64,000 nt of DNA from Candidatus Latescibacterota bacterium (GTDB lineage: Bacteria; Latescibacterota; UBA2968), in the NCBI GenBank assembly GCA_965208125.1, contig OZ242320.1, forward strand, positions 2,368,001 to 2,432,000, read 5' to 3'. Each line of letters starts with the position of its first letter. Position 1 is the first letter of the stretch. The position numbers were made by a program, and so were the translations under genes. Of the stretch, positions 47,123 through 56,549 are shown in pieces. The notes beneath the pieces were generated by a model that was not told the DNA's origin, made no database searches, and saw only the letters and a list, made by a program, of their open reading frames with translations.

Positions 47123-49456
47123 TTATAGTGAACGTTTGAGAACAAAAACCATGTCAATGGCTTGTAATTGTTCGGTCAGCTTATCCAGGGTGTTCAGTTC
47201 AGACAGGTTGACAGGTGTTTGCAATAGGTGCTGAATATCGCGATGGTCAAAAATGCGTTGCGGTGGTGTTTCGTAGCCTTTTGCTTCTACGTGGATCTGG
47301 CTGGTCGCAGGCACCCAAATTTGAAATGTTCCGCGTGGAGCCTCTGTTTGCAGGACTGTTCTGCCAATGGGATCAATCGCTCGAATAACGGTTTTGGGTA
47401 CAGAAGAACTGTCAGCCATTTCAATTTTGCCTTGCACGATAGCCTGAACAGGTTGGGGGGGGGCGAAATTTTTTGTTTCGAAGTAGATTGGATTCGTCAA
47501 TGCCACGCGCGATGTATCTATACCATAGCACCGGGCGAGGTACCAGCAATTGACAGTATCTTCGAGTGCTGTTGATATCCGATATTTTCGCGGTTGTTCT
47601 TCCAGATCCCAACTCTGGATTACCCGTGCATTGCGAATTAGTTCAATGCGCGTCAAATACGCATCGGGTTTGGCGGCTGCCCAGGCGTGAATTGTTGCTC
47701 GTCTTTTGCGGCCTGTGGGCAATTGGTTGCCGGGTCCGGCTGCAAAGACGGATAATGAGATTAGAGGTCCGTTGGTTATCATATTTTGGCCGCTGGCAAT
47801 TGCGCGCATCAGTCTATCGGCTGTCAGATCGCCGGGCACCTGTGTGTATGTGCGAAAATGTTTGGCGGAAAGAGCTGTACCCGCAATGCGGTATCCCCGA
47901 TTGAGCAGTGCAAACCACAGCGCTCGCATATCGGGATGCGCGATGTCGAGTGCGTCAAAAGCCGGGCCTGCGAGAATATCGAATAACGATGTGCCAAAAA
48001 TATCTGTATAGCCAACAATACCGCGATCTAAGCGCGTCTGGGCATGTATCTCGAATCCGTTTTTTTCAGGGGTAAATAGCCCCGTGGTGCCCAATACCCA
48101 TTGTTTTCCCCCGCGGGTTTCAACATATTTGCCGGGTAGTGTCAATATTAAATTTCCATTCGCATTTACTGGCAAGGCGACCCAGTCCAGTCCGCGTGCC
48201 CGCGCATCATTGGCAGTGCTATTGAGAAAATCGCCACCCACCCATCCCCGCGCATGGAGATCTCCCCAGGGTTTGAAGGGCAATTCTACCATGTGTTCAC
48301 GACCGGGTATGAGGTGCAAGACCTGTGGTTCTGGCGGCAGGTGCGCAAAACCGCGCATTGCGGATATGGTGATTGTTTGGGGTGGTAGATCAATTGCAAA
48401 TTCACTGTCGGCGACAAAGCCGCGTTCTGCAAATCCCGTTTGTAAAATATTACCCAGAGAATCGGCGACGATTACCCGGCCCAATAGGGGTTGTCCGGTA
48501 TCGGCATTAAAAAGATGACCGCGCAATCGGACCGCTTTTTTGTCGCCAACATAGGTCCGGGCGCTGAGGTGAGCCAACCGCACTTGCACATAGACGCCAC
48601 CCACATTTTCATCGGCGTCACGCAATATGGCTGTCGCTGTGCCATTTTCTATTTGTGCCCAGGGGGTTATTTGCCCGCGACTCGCTTCAAAAATAACCAC
48701 GGCTCCATCATGAGAAACCACACTGTCCTGTTGAGTTACCTGGTGAGGTAGCGCGACAACGCTGTCTTGTATGGTCACGCGCACCCTTGAGACGCGTGCG
48801 CCACTTGTGGGAAAATCCGCTGCTTTTAATTCAAGGCCGAGGGGCATTCGCGATGCGATTTTGTGCAGACGCACGTCGTCAAAAGCCGCTTCTTTTCCGT
48901 GTATGAGACAAATCACACGCCCAAATACGGCTTTTGTGGGTGCTAAAAAAGTTCCTGTCCATTGCGTCCACGACGCGTTTGTTGCTTCTGTTGTTGTGCT
49001 GCTTTCGCCCACCGGAGTCTGATCTTCTGACAACCATCGGATGCGTGCATAAGCCCTTGCGCTGTCGGCACGCGCCCATCCGGTTAAGACATAAACGGCT
49101 CCCGGCTGAATACCGACGGGATCGCTGATGAGTGCGGTGGGTTCCCCCCGCGGCCCTCCCAGCATGAGAACTGAGGTTTTGCCGCTTTGAGCGCGTTCAT
49201 GTTCGACCATGATCCGCGTAGAATCGGGTACGGGAGACCAATTTACAGGTATCTGCGATGCTGTTATTTGTTCAAACCCCCCGTTGGGCATGTCTGCCCA
49301 GAGGTGTGCGGTAAGGGAGAAAAAGAAAAAAAGCGGTAAGAAGTGAGACGTGAGATATGAGAGGTCCACCCAAAACCGCCCCAATGTTTTCCATCTGTGT
49401 TTATCCGTGTTCATCTGTGGTTGCTTTTCACTTTTCCATGACAAATTGAATATCAT
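47123..49456 (-). CDS. Exported protein: CBM4/9-like N-terminus + degenerate CehA/McbA-like metallohydrolase region; true start probably downstream of 49456
   Basis: PNGGFE..W..SGKTS CBM-like start after a signal peptide; ITNGPLI, IELIRNARV, WYLAR..ALTNPIYF. Confidence 0.6.
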   Translation of the reverse strand: MIFNLSWKSEKQPQMNTDKHRWKTLGRFWVDLSYLTSHFLPLFFFFSLTAHLWADMPNGGFEQITASQIPVNWSPVPDSTRIMVEHERAQSGKTSVLMLGGPRGEPTALISDPVGIQPGAVYVLTGWARADSARAYARIRWLSEDQTPVGESSTTTEATNASWTQWTGTFLAPTKAVFGRVICLIHGKEAAFDDVRLHKIASRMPLGLELKAADFPTSGARVSRVRVTIQDSVVALPHQVTQQDSVVSHDGAVVIFEASRGQITPWAQIENGTATAILRDADENVGGVYVQVRLAHLSARTYVGDKKAVRLRGHLFNADTGQPLLGRVIVADSLGNILQTGFAERGFVADSEFAIDLPPQTITISAMRGFAHLPPEPQVLHLIPGREHMVELPFKPWGDLHARGWVGGDFLNSTANDARARGLDWVALPVNANGNLILTLPGKYVETRGGKQWVLGTTGLFTPEKNGFEIHAQTRLDRGIVGYTDIFGTSLFDILAGPAFDALDIAHPDMRALWFALLNRGYRIAGTALSAKHFRTYTQVPGDLTADRLMRAIASGQNMITNGPLISLSVFAAGPGNQLPTGRKRRATIHAWAAAKPDAYLTRIELIRNARVIQSWDLEEQPRKYRISTALEDTVNCWYLARCYGIDTSRVALTNPIYFETKNFAPPQPVQAIVQGKIEMADSSSVPKTVIRAIDPIGRTVLQTEAPRGTFQIWVPATSQIHVEAKGYETPPQRIFDHRDIQHLLQTPVNLSELNTLDKLTEQLQAIDMVFVLKRSL

Positions 49457-51389
49457 CCGCCCAGGGATCTACCCGCGTCAGGCGTACGCTTATGCGTTCA
49501 CCCGCACTGATTTGTCCGGATAGGCGCATGTCAACTTGTAAAGCGTAATCCAGGATTTCGATCCGGGCGCGCTGATCCCAGATATTTAGTACGAGTGCGT
49601 CAAATACCTGTCCTCTGTATTGCGAGAGATGGTGGTATATCCAGTAGCGCTCTCGTCGCTGTTCCAGGCGATTGATCAGGCGGAGGCGTTCTTCGACGTA
49701 GGGACAGAGTTCTGTCAGGTCGTCCAGAGAATAGGGCAAGGCTTTATTGTCGATGATGGCGACGAGTTGTCGCTGTGATATCAGGTCCAGAAATCGCCTC
49801 AAGGGAGATGTGGTCTGGCAATAGGGTTCTACCCCCAGGCCACCGTGCAGACCGGGTTGTAGTGAGATTGCCGCTGCGCGCATGCGCGTCAATACCCGAT
49901 ACCGGTGCAATTGCTCGATGTCCGTGGGTTCTAAATCGGAGAGGTCGGGTGCGTCTTGTACGCGAAAGATCGCGGGTGCGTTTTGCTCAACACACAATTT
50001 TGCGGCTTCGACATTGGTTTTGACCATCAGTTCACTGACCAGCAGATCGGCGCTGGAGTCGCGTTTTTTTAGTTCGATATTCACGGTTCCATCAGCCGAG
50101 ATATCCACGCGGCGGTCAACTTGATCAACTGCTATAGCACCGGCTTCTACGCGGTGTATCAAAAGCGATTCTGCCGCGTCAAATAGAGATGATAACATCG
50201 CGTGTCTGGGATGCGTCGCATCGTCGAGTATTGCGTCTGCTTCGTCATAACTCAGTTTTTCACAACATCGGATGACGGAAAGCGTCCAGGTCGGGGTTTC
50301 CATTATGTCATCTGGTCCCACATCCCACAAGAGGCTGACGGCCAACCGATTTTCATGCGGGATAAGACTGCCCAGGTTTTCCGATAAGACGGGTGGCAAC
50401 ATGGGGTATTTTGCTTCTGGCAAGTATAGACTTGCGCCGCGGTTTCTGGCTTCTTCGTTGAGGGTTGAATGCGCGGGGATCAGTGTGGAGACATCGGTGA
50501 TATGCACGCCAACTTGATAGCTGCCGTCTTCTCGAAATTGAACCGATACCGCATCGTCCATGTCTGTTGTCGATGCATCGTCAATGGTTACGGCATCCAG
50601 ATACGTCAGGTCCTGGCGGTGCGCAGGTTGAAATCCGTTGTACATTGCCTGGATCTCGTCCGCTTCTTTGATCAATAGGTCGGGAAAATTCAGAGGTATG
50701 TCTTCGCGCATCAATTCGACAAAGGCATGCTGGTCCCATACGCCTTCGGCAACTAAGCGATCAAAGGCTTTGCGCGCAGAGAGGGTCTCGCCAGCCATGC
50801 GTTCCAGCCAGTGTGCATATTTGCTCTGTTCGCCGTGTAGTGCGACGTCTTTTAGCCGATCGATCCATTCGTCATTGCCGGTGCCCTGAAACTGTAGCCA
50901 TTTCAAAAATGCCTCTCGTTCCGCTTCGCGCTCTTTGCCACGGGCGACCACTTCCAGTCTGTGGCTGACTTCTGTCCGATCAACTGCGCGAAATCCCCGT
51001 CCTTCGGTATCGAAGTAGGTACTTGTTTCCAATGCGACTAAAAATGCCGACATGTGTTCCGATGTCGGCGTGTTATTGTAATACAGTTCGGCCAGTTCGT
51101 TCAAGTGCCAGATTTCATCTTCTTCTACGAGGAGTTCCCACAGGTCGCAAAGGTCAATGTCGGCGCTTGTGGTTTCTGCGCGATTGAGCCACGCTGTGCC
51201 AGCGGTTTTGTCATTTCCGATGTGTCCGGTTGTCTGAAGAATATTTTCTATGGGTACATTATGAGACGTACGCGCCGATACCGCAAATCTGGCTCTGGTA
51301 TGTGAGATGTTGACACACACGCCCGCCATGAGCCGATTTCTGTAGCGGAACAAAGCTATTTCGTTTTCTTTGGGTAAGATATAATTCAT
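49428..51389 (-). CDS. RNB-domain exoribonuclease (RNase II/R family)
   Basis: TIDDASTTDMDDA, GVHITDV, YPMLP, TSPLRRFLD, C-terminal S1-like domain. Confidence 0.9.
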   Translation of the reverse strand: MNYILPKENEIALFRYRNRLMAGVCVNISHTRARFAVSARTSHNVPIENILQTTGHIGNDKTAGTAWLNRAETTSADIDLCDLWELLVEEDEIWHLNELAELYYNNTPTSEHMSAFLVALETSTYFDTEGRGFRAVDRTEVSHRLEVVARGKEREAEREAFLKWLQFQGTGNDEWIDRLKDVALHGEQSKYAHWLERMAGETLSARKAFDRLVAEGVWDQHAFVELMREDIPLNFPDLLIKEADEIQAMYNGFQPAHRQDLTYLDAVTIDDASTTDMDDAVSVQFREDGSYQVGVHITDVSTLIPAHSTLNEEARNRGASLYLPEAKYPMLPPVLSENLGSLIPHENRLAVSLLWDVGPDDIMETPTWTLSVIRCCEKLSYDEADAILDDATHPRHAMLSSLFDAAESLLIHRVEAGAIAVDQVDRRVDISADGTVNIELKKRDSSADLLVSELMVKTNVEAAKLCVEQNAPAIFRVQDAPDLSDLEPTDIEQLHRYRVLTRMRAAAISLQPGLHGGLGVEPYCQTTSPLRRFLDLISQRQLVAIIDNKALPYSLDDLTELCPYVEERLRLINRLEQRRERYWIYHHLSQYRGQVFDALVLNIWDQRARIEILDYALQVDMRLSGQISAGERISVRLTRVDPWADDIQFVMEK

Positions 51390-51456
51390 ACACGATTTGT
51401 GTACATCAAGTAAAACGGCAGACGATACAATCCGTCTGCCGCGAGTCAATACATCC

Positions 51457-51894
51457 CTATATTGTTGGCAATAATGCCTCGGGATGCTTGCGCGCATCCA
51501 CGTTGGTATGGATTTGCGCGATTGTCCCATCGGGTGCAATGAGGTATGTCATGCGTTTGGCTGCGCGGTCCGATGCCGATTGACAAGCCCCATAAGATAG
51601 ACAGATTTCGCGTTCTGTGTCGCACAACAGGGGATATTCAAATTCCTGTGTTTCTGCAAATTTGGCGTTGGCGGCAACGCTGTCTGTGCTCACGCCCAGA
51701 ATTTGCACATTTCTATCTGCATAGTCCTGGATTCGCTCCTGGAATCCCACACCTTCAGCCGTTCAGCCACCCGTGCTTGCTCTGGGATAAAACCAGAGTA
51801 CGACGGTTTTGCCGCGATAATCACTGAGTTTTACTGCATTGCCTGTGTGGTCTTTGACCAGAAAATCAGGCGCGATATCGCCAACATTGAGCAT
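51457..51894 (-). CDS. bcp: BCP/PrxQ peroxiredoxin with selenocysteine (in-frame TGA, codon 44)
   Basis: RBS AGGAGG, MLNVGDIAPDF..VVLWFYPRASTGG-TGA(51763-51765)-TAEG.. continuing in frame into the 51457-51750 ORF. Confidence 0.9.
51729..51747 (-). promoter_or_regulatory. Bacterial SECIS-like hairpin
   Basis: GGATTC-CAGGAGC-GAATCC at nt +16 to +34 after the UGA. Confidence 0.65.
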
Positions 51895-52059
51895 TATGAC
51901 CTCCTGAAAAAAATTGAAGTGTTGACAGACGGTGGCAATATAGGCAAACAGGATGTGTAAATCCAGTGAGAAGTAAGAAGTAAAAGCGGAAACAAACCTT
52001 TACCGCATTCCCTGTTCTGTTTATCTTGGGATTGACAACTGATAACTGAGGATTATTTC

Positions 52060-52773
52060 ATGAAAATCGCACATATTTCCGATTTCCATCTTCGCCACCA
52101 TCTCGCTGGCGAGAATATCAGGTGCGGGCCTGATCTTATAGCCGAAGGTGCGCGTCATATTGCCGCGCATTCTCCCGATTTGGTCGCTATTACGGGTGAT
52201 CTGGCCGATTATCCTCTCGATGCATTGGACGATCCCGATACGGTGACGCTGGGGGAAAAAGACCTCCATCTCGTGCGCGAATGTTTTGACGGTCTTTCCT
52301 GTCCCGTTGCGTATGTGCCTGGCAATCACGATCATCCCACGTCTTTTCGCCGCGTTTTTTTCGATCAGCCTTTTGATTTTGATGTGCAGGGTTTTCGCGT
52401 GGTTATTTTTTTCGATGAGGAAGGGGATCACCATGTGCCGCAGCGCGTTGGGGCAGAACGAGCGCGGTTTCAATCTGTGTTGTCAGATGGCGATCCGCGG
52501 CCGCAAATTCACTTGCAACACTATTTGATTTTTCCCGAGCATAGCGGAGGGTATCCATATAATTATGGCGATGCGGCGGAGTTGAAAGCTGCATTGCTTG
52601 CAGATTCGCGCCGCAAACTCGTGCTTAGTGGGCATTATCACGAGGGAGAGGATCTTATGGCAGAAGGCCATATATCTTTTGCGACGGCGCGTGCCTTTCG
52701 AGAACCACCCCATCCCTTTCGCGTGTACGAGATTGCGGATGCGGATATTACACAGGCTGAGTACACTTTGTGA
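52060..52773 (+). CDS. Calcineurin-like metallophosphoesterase
   Basis: HISDFH, TGDL, PGNHD, SGHYH. Confidence 0.92.
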   Translation: MKIAHISDFHLRHHLAGENIRCGPDLIAEGARHIAAHSPDLVAITGDLADYPLDALDDPDTVTLGEKDLHLVRECFDGLSCPVAYVPGNHDHPTSFRRVFFDQPFDFDVQGFRVVIFFDEEGDHHVPQRVGAERARFQSVLSDGDPRPQIHLQHYLIFPEHSGGYPYNYGDAAELKAALLADSRRKLVLSGHYHEGEDLMAEGHISFATARAFREPPHPFRVYEIADADITQAEYTL

Positions 52774-53360
52774 GTGGAGGTTGTGTGACGTTTAAGGCGA
52801 GACATATTTTTATACCAATTGCTACAATCGCTCTGGGGATTTGCGTTTTTGTAGTTTTCCTGGATTACCGAGATGCTTTTCACCGCGCCCTCAATGTGCC
52901 GCCAACTTCGCATTATGCAGCCGATGTTCCCAATTTGATTACGGCGTATTACACGCGGTCGGATGTATCAGATATAGAGTGGACTCTTTCCGAAGCTCTT
53001 GCGCCCGACCAGCCGATTCGCCGTCTGGTTTTTGCACTTTTTCTCGTGTACACATCACAGGAAAAGCGCGTTGCCGCGTTTTTGCATTACGCGGCGTTTG
53101 GTCCCGTGCGCGGTATTGAGCGGGCTTCTCTATATCATTTTGATATTCACCATTCAAAGCTCACGGCTGGCGAGGTTTTGCTGCTGTGCGATCTGGCGCA
53201 TGGTGCAGATGTCCCGATGAATGATCCCATTGCCGCGTTGGAGCGCCGCGATGCGCTTTTGTCCGATTTGTTCGCGCGCGGTTTTTTATCTCAGGATGTT
53301 TATCGCAGCGAGCGCGACCGCGCGTTGTCCCTTTCTGTCAATCCCATACCGGTGAAGTGA
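52770..53360 (+). CDS. Membrane-anchored protein resembling the C-terminal half of a transglycosylase (GT51) domain
   Basis: FGPVRGIERASLYHF..KLTAGEVLLL..ALERRDALL..GFLS; no EDxxFxxHxG motif. Confidence 0.55.
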   Translation: MSGGCVTFKARHIFIPIATIALGICVFVVFLDYRDAFHRALNVPPTSHYAADVPNLITAYYTRSDVSDIEWTLSEALAPDQPIRRLVFALFLVYTSQEKRVAAFLHYAAFGPVRGIERASLYHFDIHHSKLTAGEVLLLCDLAHGADVPMNDPIAALERRDALLSDLFARGFLSQDVYRSERDRALSLSVNPIPVK

Positions 53361-53405
53361 TGGTTCGTGGTGAGGATATAGTGAAAAACAAAGGTTTTAT
53401 TGCGT

Positions 53406-53981
53406 ATGTCAAAAGCAAAATGGCGTGAAAAGCTCGATTATGCGAAAACAATTGCCGATCCATTGCGCCGTCGGCTCTATGTTTGCGCGCTTGTGGCCGC
53501 AGCATTGCCGCAAGCGAAAAAGTTGCCTTATGTCATTGTTGGTGGCAATGCCCTGGAGTTCTATACGCTTGGTGCTTATGCCACTGTGGATGTCGATCTC
53601 GTGAGTGAAAGGCGAAACGAAATTGGCAATTTGTTGGAAAGCTGGGGATTTGACCAGATGGGCAGGCATTGGCATCACGTGGGGCTGGATATTGCAATTG
53701 AGATTCCCGATGATGTTCTCGCTGGATCTGAAGATAAGGTGACACTGGTCGAAATTGAGGATTTGACTGTCTATATCATCGGTGTGGAAGATCTCATTAT
53801 TGATCGGTTGAGTGCTTATGTCCATTGGGATTCAACCGATGATGGAAATTGGGCGCAGGAACTCCTGGCACTATACCAACAAGATATTGATTGGACGTAT
53901 CTCAAAACCCGCGCGCAAGCCGAAGGCGTGCTGGAGGCGTTGATTGCGTTTAGAGATCAGGTAGAGGAGGACAGAGGTTGA
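53406..53981 (+). CDS. Nucleotidyltransferase-fold protein (DUF6036-like)
   Basis: IVGGNALEFYTLGAYATVDVDLV, GVEDLIIDRL, IDWTYL. Confidence 0.75.
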   Translation: MSKAKWREKLDYAKTIADPLRRRLYVCALVAAALPQAKKLPYVIVGGNALEFYTLGAYATVDVDLVSERRNEIGNLLESWGFDQMGRHWHHVGLDIAIEIPDDVLAGSEDKVTLVEIEDLTVYIIGVEDLIIDRLSAYVHWDSTDDGNWAQELLALYQQDIDWTYLKTRAQAEGVLEALIAFRDQVEEDRG

Positions 53982-54208
53982 AAATTGTAAATTTTGATCA
54001 ACACGTTCGAGAGATTCGACCACGTGCGCGACGCTATCAACTCGAGCAACGCATGCAGCGACGCCAGCGCCTGCCCCGTCGTCGTCCTCGTGACGCGGAT
54101 GCACGTCGGGGTCTGATTCAGTTGGCGTTAAAACGCCGGGCGCAGTGGTTGGAAGACGGTAGATTAGAAAAGATCGGCCCCAGACACTATCGCTTGCATC
54201 TGGATTAG
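53978..54208 (+). CDS. Small Arg-rich hypothetical protein
   Basis: TTG start overlapping the previous stop, RBS GAGG; fills the gap between co-directional genes. Confidence 0.55.
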   Translation: MKIVNFDQHVREIRPRARRYQLEQRMQRRQRLPRRRPRDADARRGLIQLALKRRAQWLEDGRLEKIGPRHYRLHLD

Positions 54209-54214
54209 AGACGA

Positions 54215-55486
54215 GTGATGAATAGAGATACCCAGTCCTGGACGTGTAGTTTTCTGGCGGGTCGCATTGGTTCTGCAGATCCGCTTGCCAGGGGTACGGA
54301 GATTGTGCATATCGAGGCGCATAAGGGGCGGCTTTATGCCGGAAATGGCTATTGGATGGATAATCCTTATACCGCGATACCCTGGGCGCAGGTTCTGGTG
54401 ATTGATTCACCGGCTGACAAGTGGCGTATAGACTACAGTCTGGGGGCGTCGCATCTTCGGGTTACTGCGCTGAAGTCGGTGGTTTTTGAGACGGATGATT
54501 CGGGCAATTCTCTGTCCGAGAGAGTGAATCTTTTGCTGGCTGGGTCTGACCGGCGCAGGGGCGTTCGCGGGATGGGTGAGTCGAATATTTTTACGCGAGA
54601 CGATGATAGCGGGTCGTGGGTGAGGACTACGCTTCAGTCCGGCAGGGGTTATCGGCGCATGGTGCGCGCGTTTTTTATTCATCGCGATGGGGTGACGGGG
54701 GTGGATCGCATTTTTGTTTCTGCGGGGCAATTGGGGATTTATTCAGGGGTGTATGATCCGGCTCAGTTGGGGAAGATTCGATGGGATGAGGTGTCCGAGT
54801 TTGGGCCGATTAAAGCGCGTCCTATGTCTTTTGCAGAGGCAAATGGTATTTTGTATGCGTCGATTGGGACGTCGGTTTATCGCCGCGTGGATGGGCAGGT
54901 ACCTGTTTGGGAGGAGGTTTATACGGATGATACGCCGTATAGTTTTGAACAGGCTGGTATCCGCGGTTTGACGTCGGTTCCTCCTCCGGCAGGTGAAGGG
55001 GAGTCTCTTTTGTTTTCTCACACGAATCGCATTATTCGCATGGATCCGGAGGCGGATTATGCAGCGACTGTTGAGTTGAAGATTGATGCGTTGCTCAATA
55101 AGGCGTGGCAGCGTTCTATTAGAGGCAGAAGTATTATTGCCGCGTACAGCGATATGGTGCCTGTTACCGATCCTGCGACGGGACAGACTGTCTATATGAT
55201 GGGTGTTCAGTCAAAGGTGAATGGGGGGCAGACTTTTGGGGAGTGGTATCCGGGCGCGGCTTATTTGATCCGATATCCCGATTTGAGCTATCGGGTCAAG
55301 GAGGTGAATGGGCAATGGAAACCAGGCGATCCTTTTCTGGTGGCGATACGCACGATCGAGTTGTCGCCTTTTTCTGAGGATGCGGGTCAATATCTCTACT
55401 TTGGCGGCTTTGACGCAAATTTCCTCGATGCACACGATACTGCCTGGATTTACCGCGCGCACATGGATGCAGTTTTGGAGTTTTAG
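54215..55486 (+). CDS. Hypothetical protein, probably beta-propeller
   Basis: 423-aa ORF with repeated beta-strand motifs (HKGRLYAG, ANGILYAS, YLYFGGFD). Confidence 0.65.
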   Translation: MMNRDTQSWTCSFLAGRIGSADPLARGTEIVHIEAHKGRLYAGNGYWMDNPYTAIPWAQVLVIDSPADKWRIDYSLGASHLRVTALKSVVFETDDSGNSLSERVNLLLAGSDRRRGVRGMGESNIFTRDDDSGSWVRTTLQSGRGYRRMVRAFFIHRDGVTGVDRIFVSAGQLGIYSGVYDPAQLGKIRWDEVSEFGPIKARPMSFAEANGILYASIGTSVYRRVDGQVPVWEEVYTDDTPYSFEQAGIRGLTSVPPPAGEGESLLFSHTNRIIRMDPEADYAATVELKIDALLNKAWQRSIRGRSIIAAYSDMVPVTDPATGQTVYMMGVQSKVNGGQTFGEWYPGAAYLIRYPDLSYRVKEVNGQWKPGDPFLVAIRTIELSPFSEDAGQYLYFGGFDANFLDAHDTAWIYRAHMDAVLEF

Positions 55487-56509
55487 ATGTCGCTGCTTAC
55501 GGGTAAGGTTAGCGATTTTTTGAAGATTGGTGTTGCGGCTGCTGGTCGCGGAGATTTGGAGACTGTGCAGACGGTGCTGGCGGAGAGGTCAGACTGGTTG
55601 TTGCGCGTTGGGTCGCACGGGCGGACGATGCTCTGGGAAGCGGCGTACCGGGGACGGTTGGCGATGGTTGAATGGTTGCTCAATCAGGGTGCGGATATCC
55701 ATGCGTGGGGCTGCCATTTTACGCCGTTGCTGGTGGATGTTTCGCCTTATTGCGCGGCGCGGTTTAAGAATCACGATGCGGTCGCCGATGTGTTGTGGGC
55801 GCGGGGTGCTACTGCTGATATTTATACGTTTGCGTATTTGGGGGATGGGGATAGAGTTGCCGAGTGCCTGCGCCGCGATCCGGGTCTCGCCACTGCGGAG
55901 CGGGTACAGCACGATACGAATGTTCGCGCTACGGTGTTGCACTACGCGGTTGGTGCTGGTTATCTGGATATTGTTTGTTTGTTGCTTGAGCGTGGTGCAG
56001 ATCCGCGGCTCTGTGGCGATTGGCTGGTGCGGTTCTGTATCTGGCGTGATCGGGCAGATATTTTGAAGGTGTTGCTCGATGCAGGTCTCGATCCGACGAT
56101 GGCTGAACTGCCCCGTTCCGGTCTTACCAATCCCGATATGATTGCGCTGCTTTCGAGCCGTGGGGTGGATTGCGATCCGAATTATGCAGAGGATGGGTGG
56201 CCGTCGATTGTTTTTCAGGCTCGTGGCGACCGCGGCGGGCGTGTTGATCGCATCCGGGATTTGATCGCGCGTGGCGCAGATGTGAATGCGCGCAATTACA
56301 AGGGGCAGACCGCGTTGCACTGCGCGGCGAGGGCGGGGTTTGTGGATATTGTTTCCCTACTTCTCGAACACGGTGCGGAAGTCGATTTGCGAGACCGCGC
56401 GGGACATACGCCGCTTATGGCTGCGTTGCGTTCGGGGATTAAGAATAAGGATAAGCTCTGCGAGGTTGTTCGCGTTCTCAAAGCAGCGGGTGCGAAGGTC
56501 GGTGAATGA
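55487..56509 (+). CDS. Ankyrin-repeat protein
   Basis: GRTMLWEAA..WLLNQGADIH, TVLHYAV..LLLERGADP, GQTALHCAA..LLEHGAEVD, GHTPLMAA. Confidence 0.93.
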   Translation: MSLLTGKVSDFLKIGVAAAGRGDLETVQTVLAERSDWLLRVGSHGRTMLWEAAYRGRLAMVEWLLNQGADIHAWGCHFTPLLVDVSPYCAARFKNHDAVADVLWARGATADIYTFAYLGDGDRVAECLRRDPGLATAERVQHDTNVRATVLHYAVGAGYLDIVCLLLERGADPRLCGDWLVRFCIWRDRADILKVLLDAGLDPTMAELPRSGLTNPDMIALLSSRGVDCDPNYAEDGWPSIVFQARGDRGGRVDRIRDLIARGADVNARNYKGQTALHCAARAGFVDIVSLLLEHGAEVDLRDRAGHTPLMAALRSGIKNKDKLCEVVRVLKAAGAKVGE

Positions 56510-56549
56510 TGAACTGCTTAGCGAAAATAAATTCTCAAAGGAAGACAAT

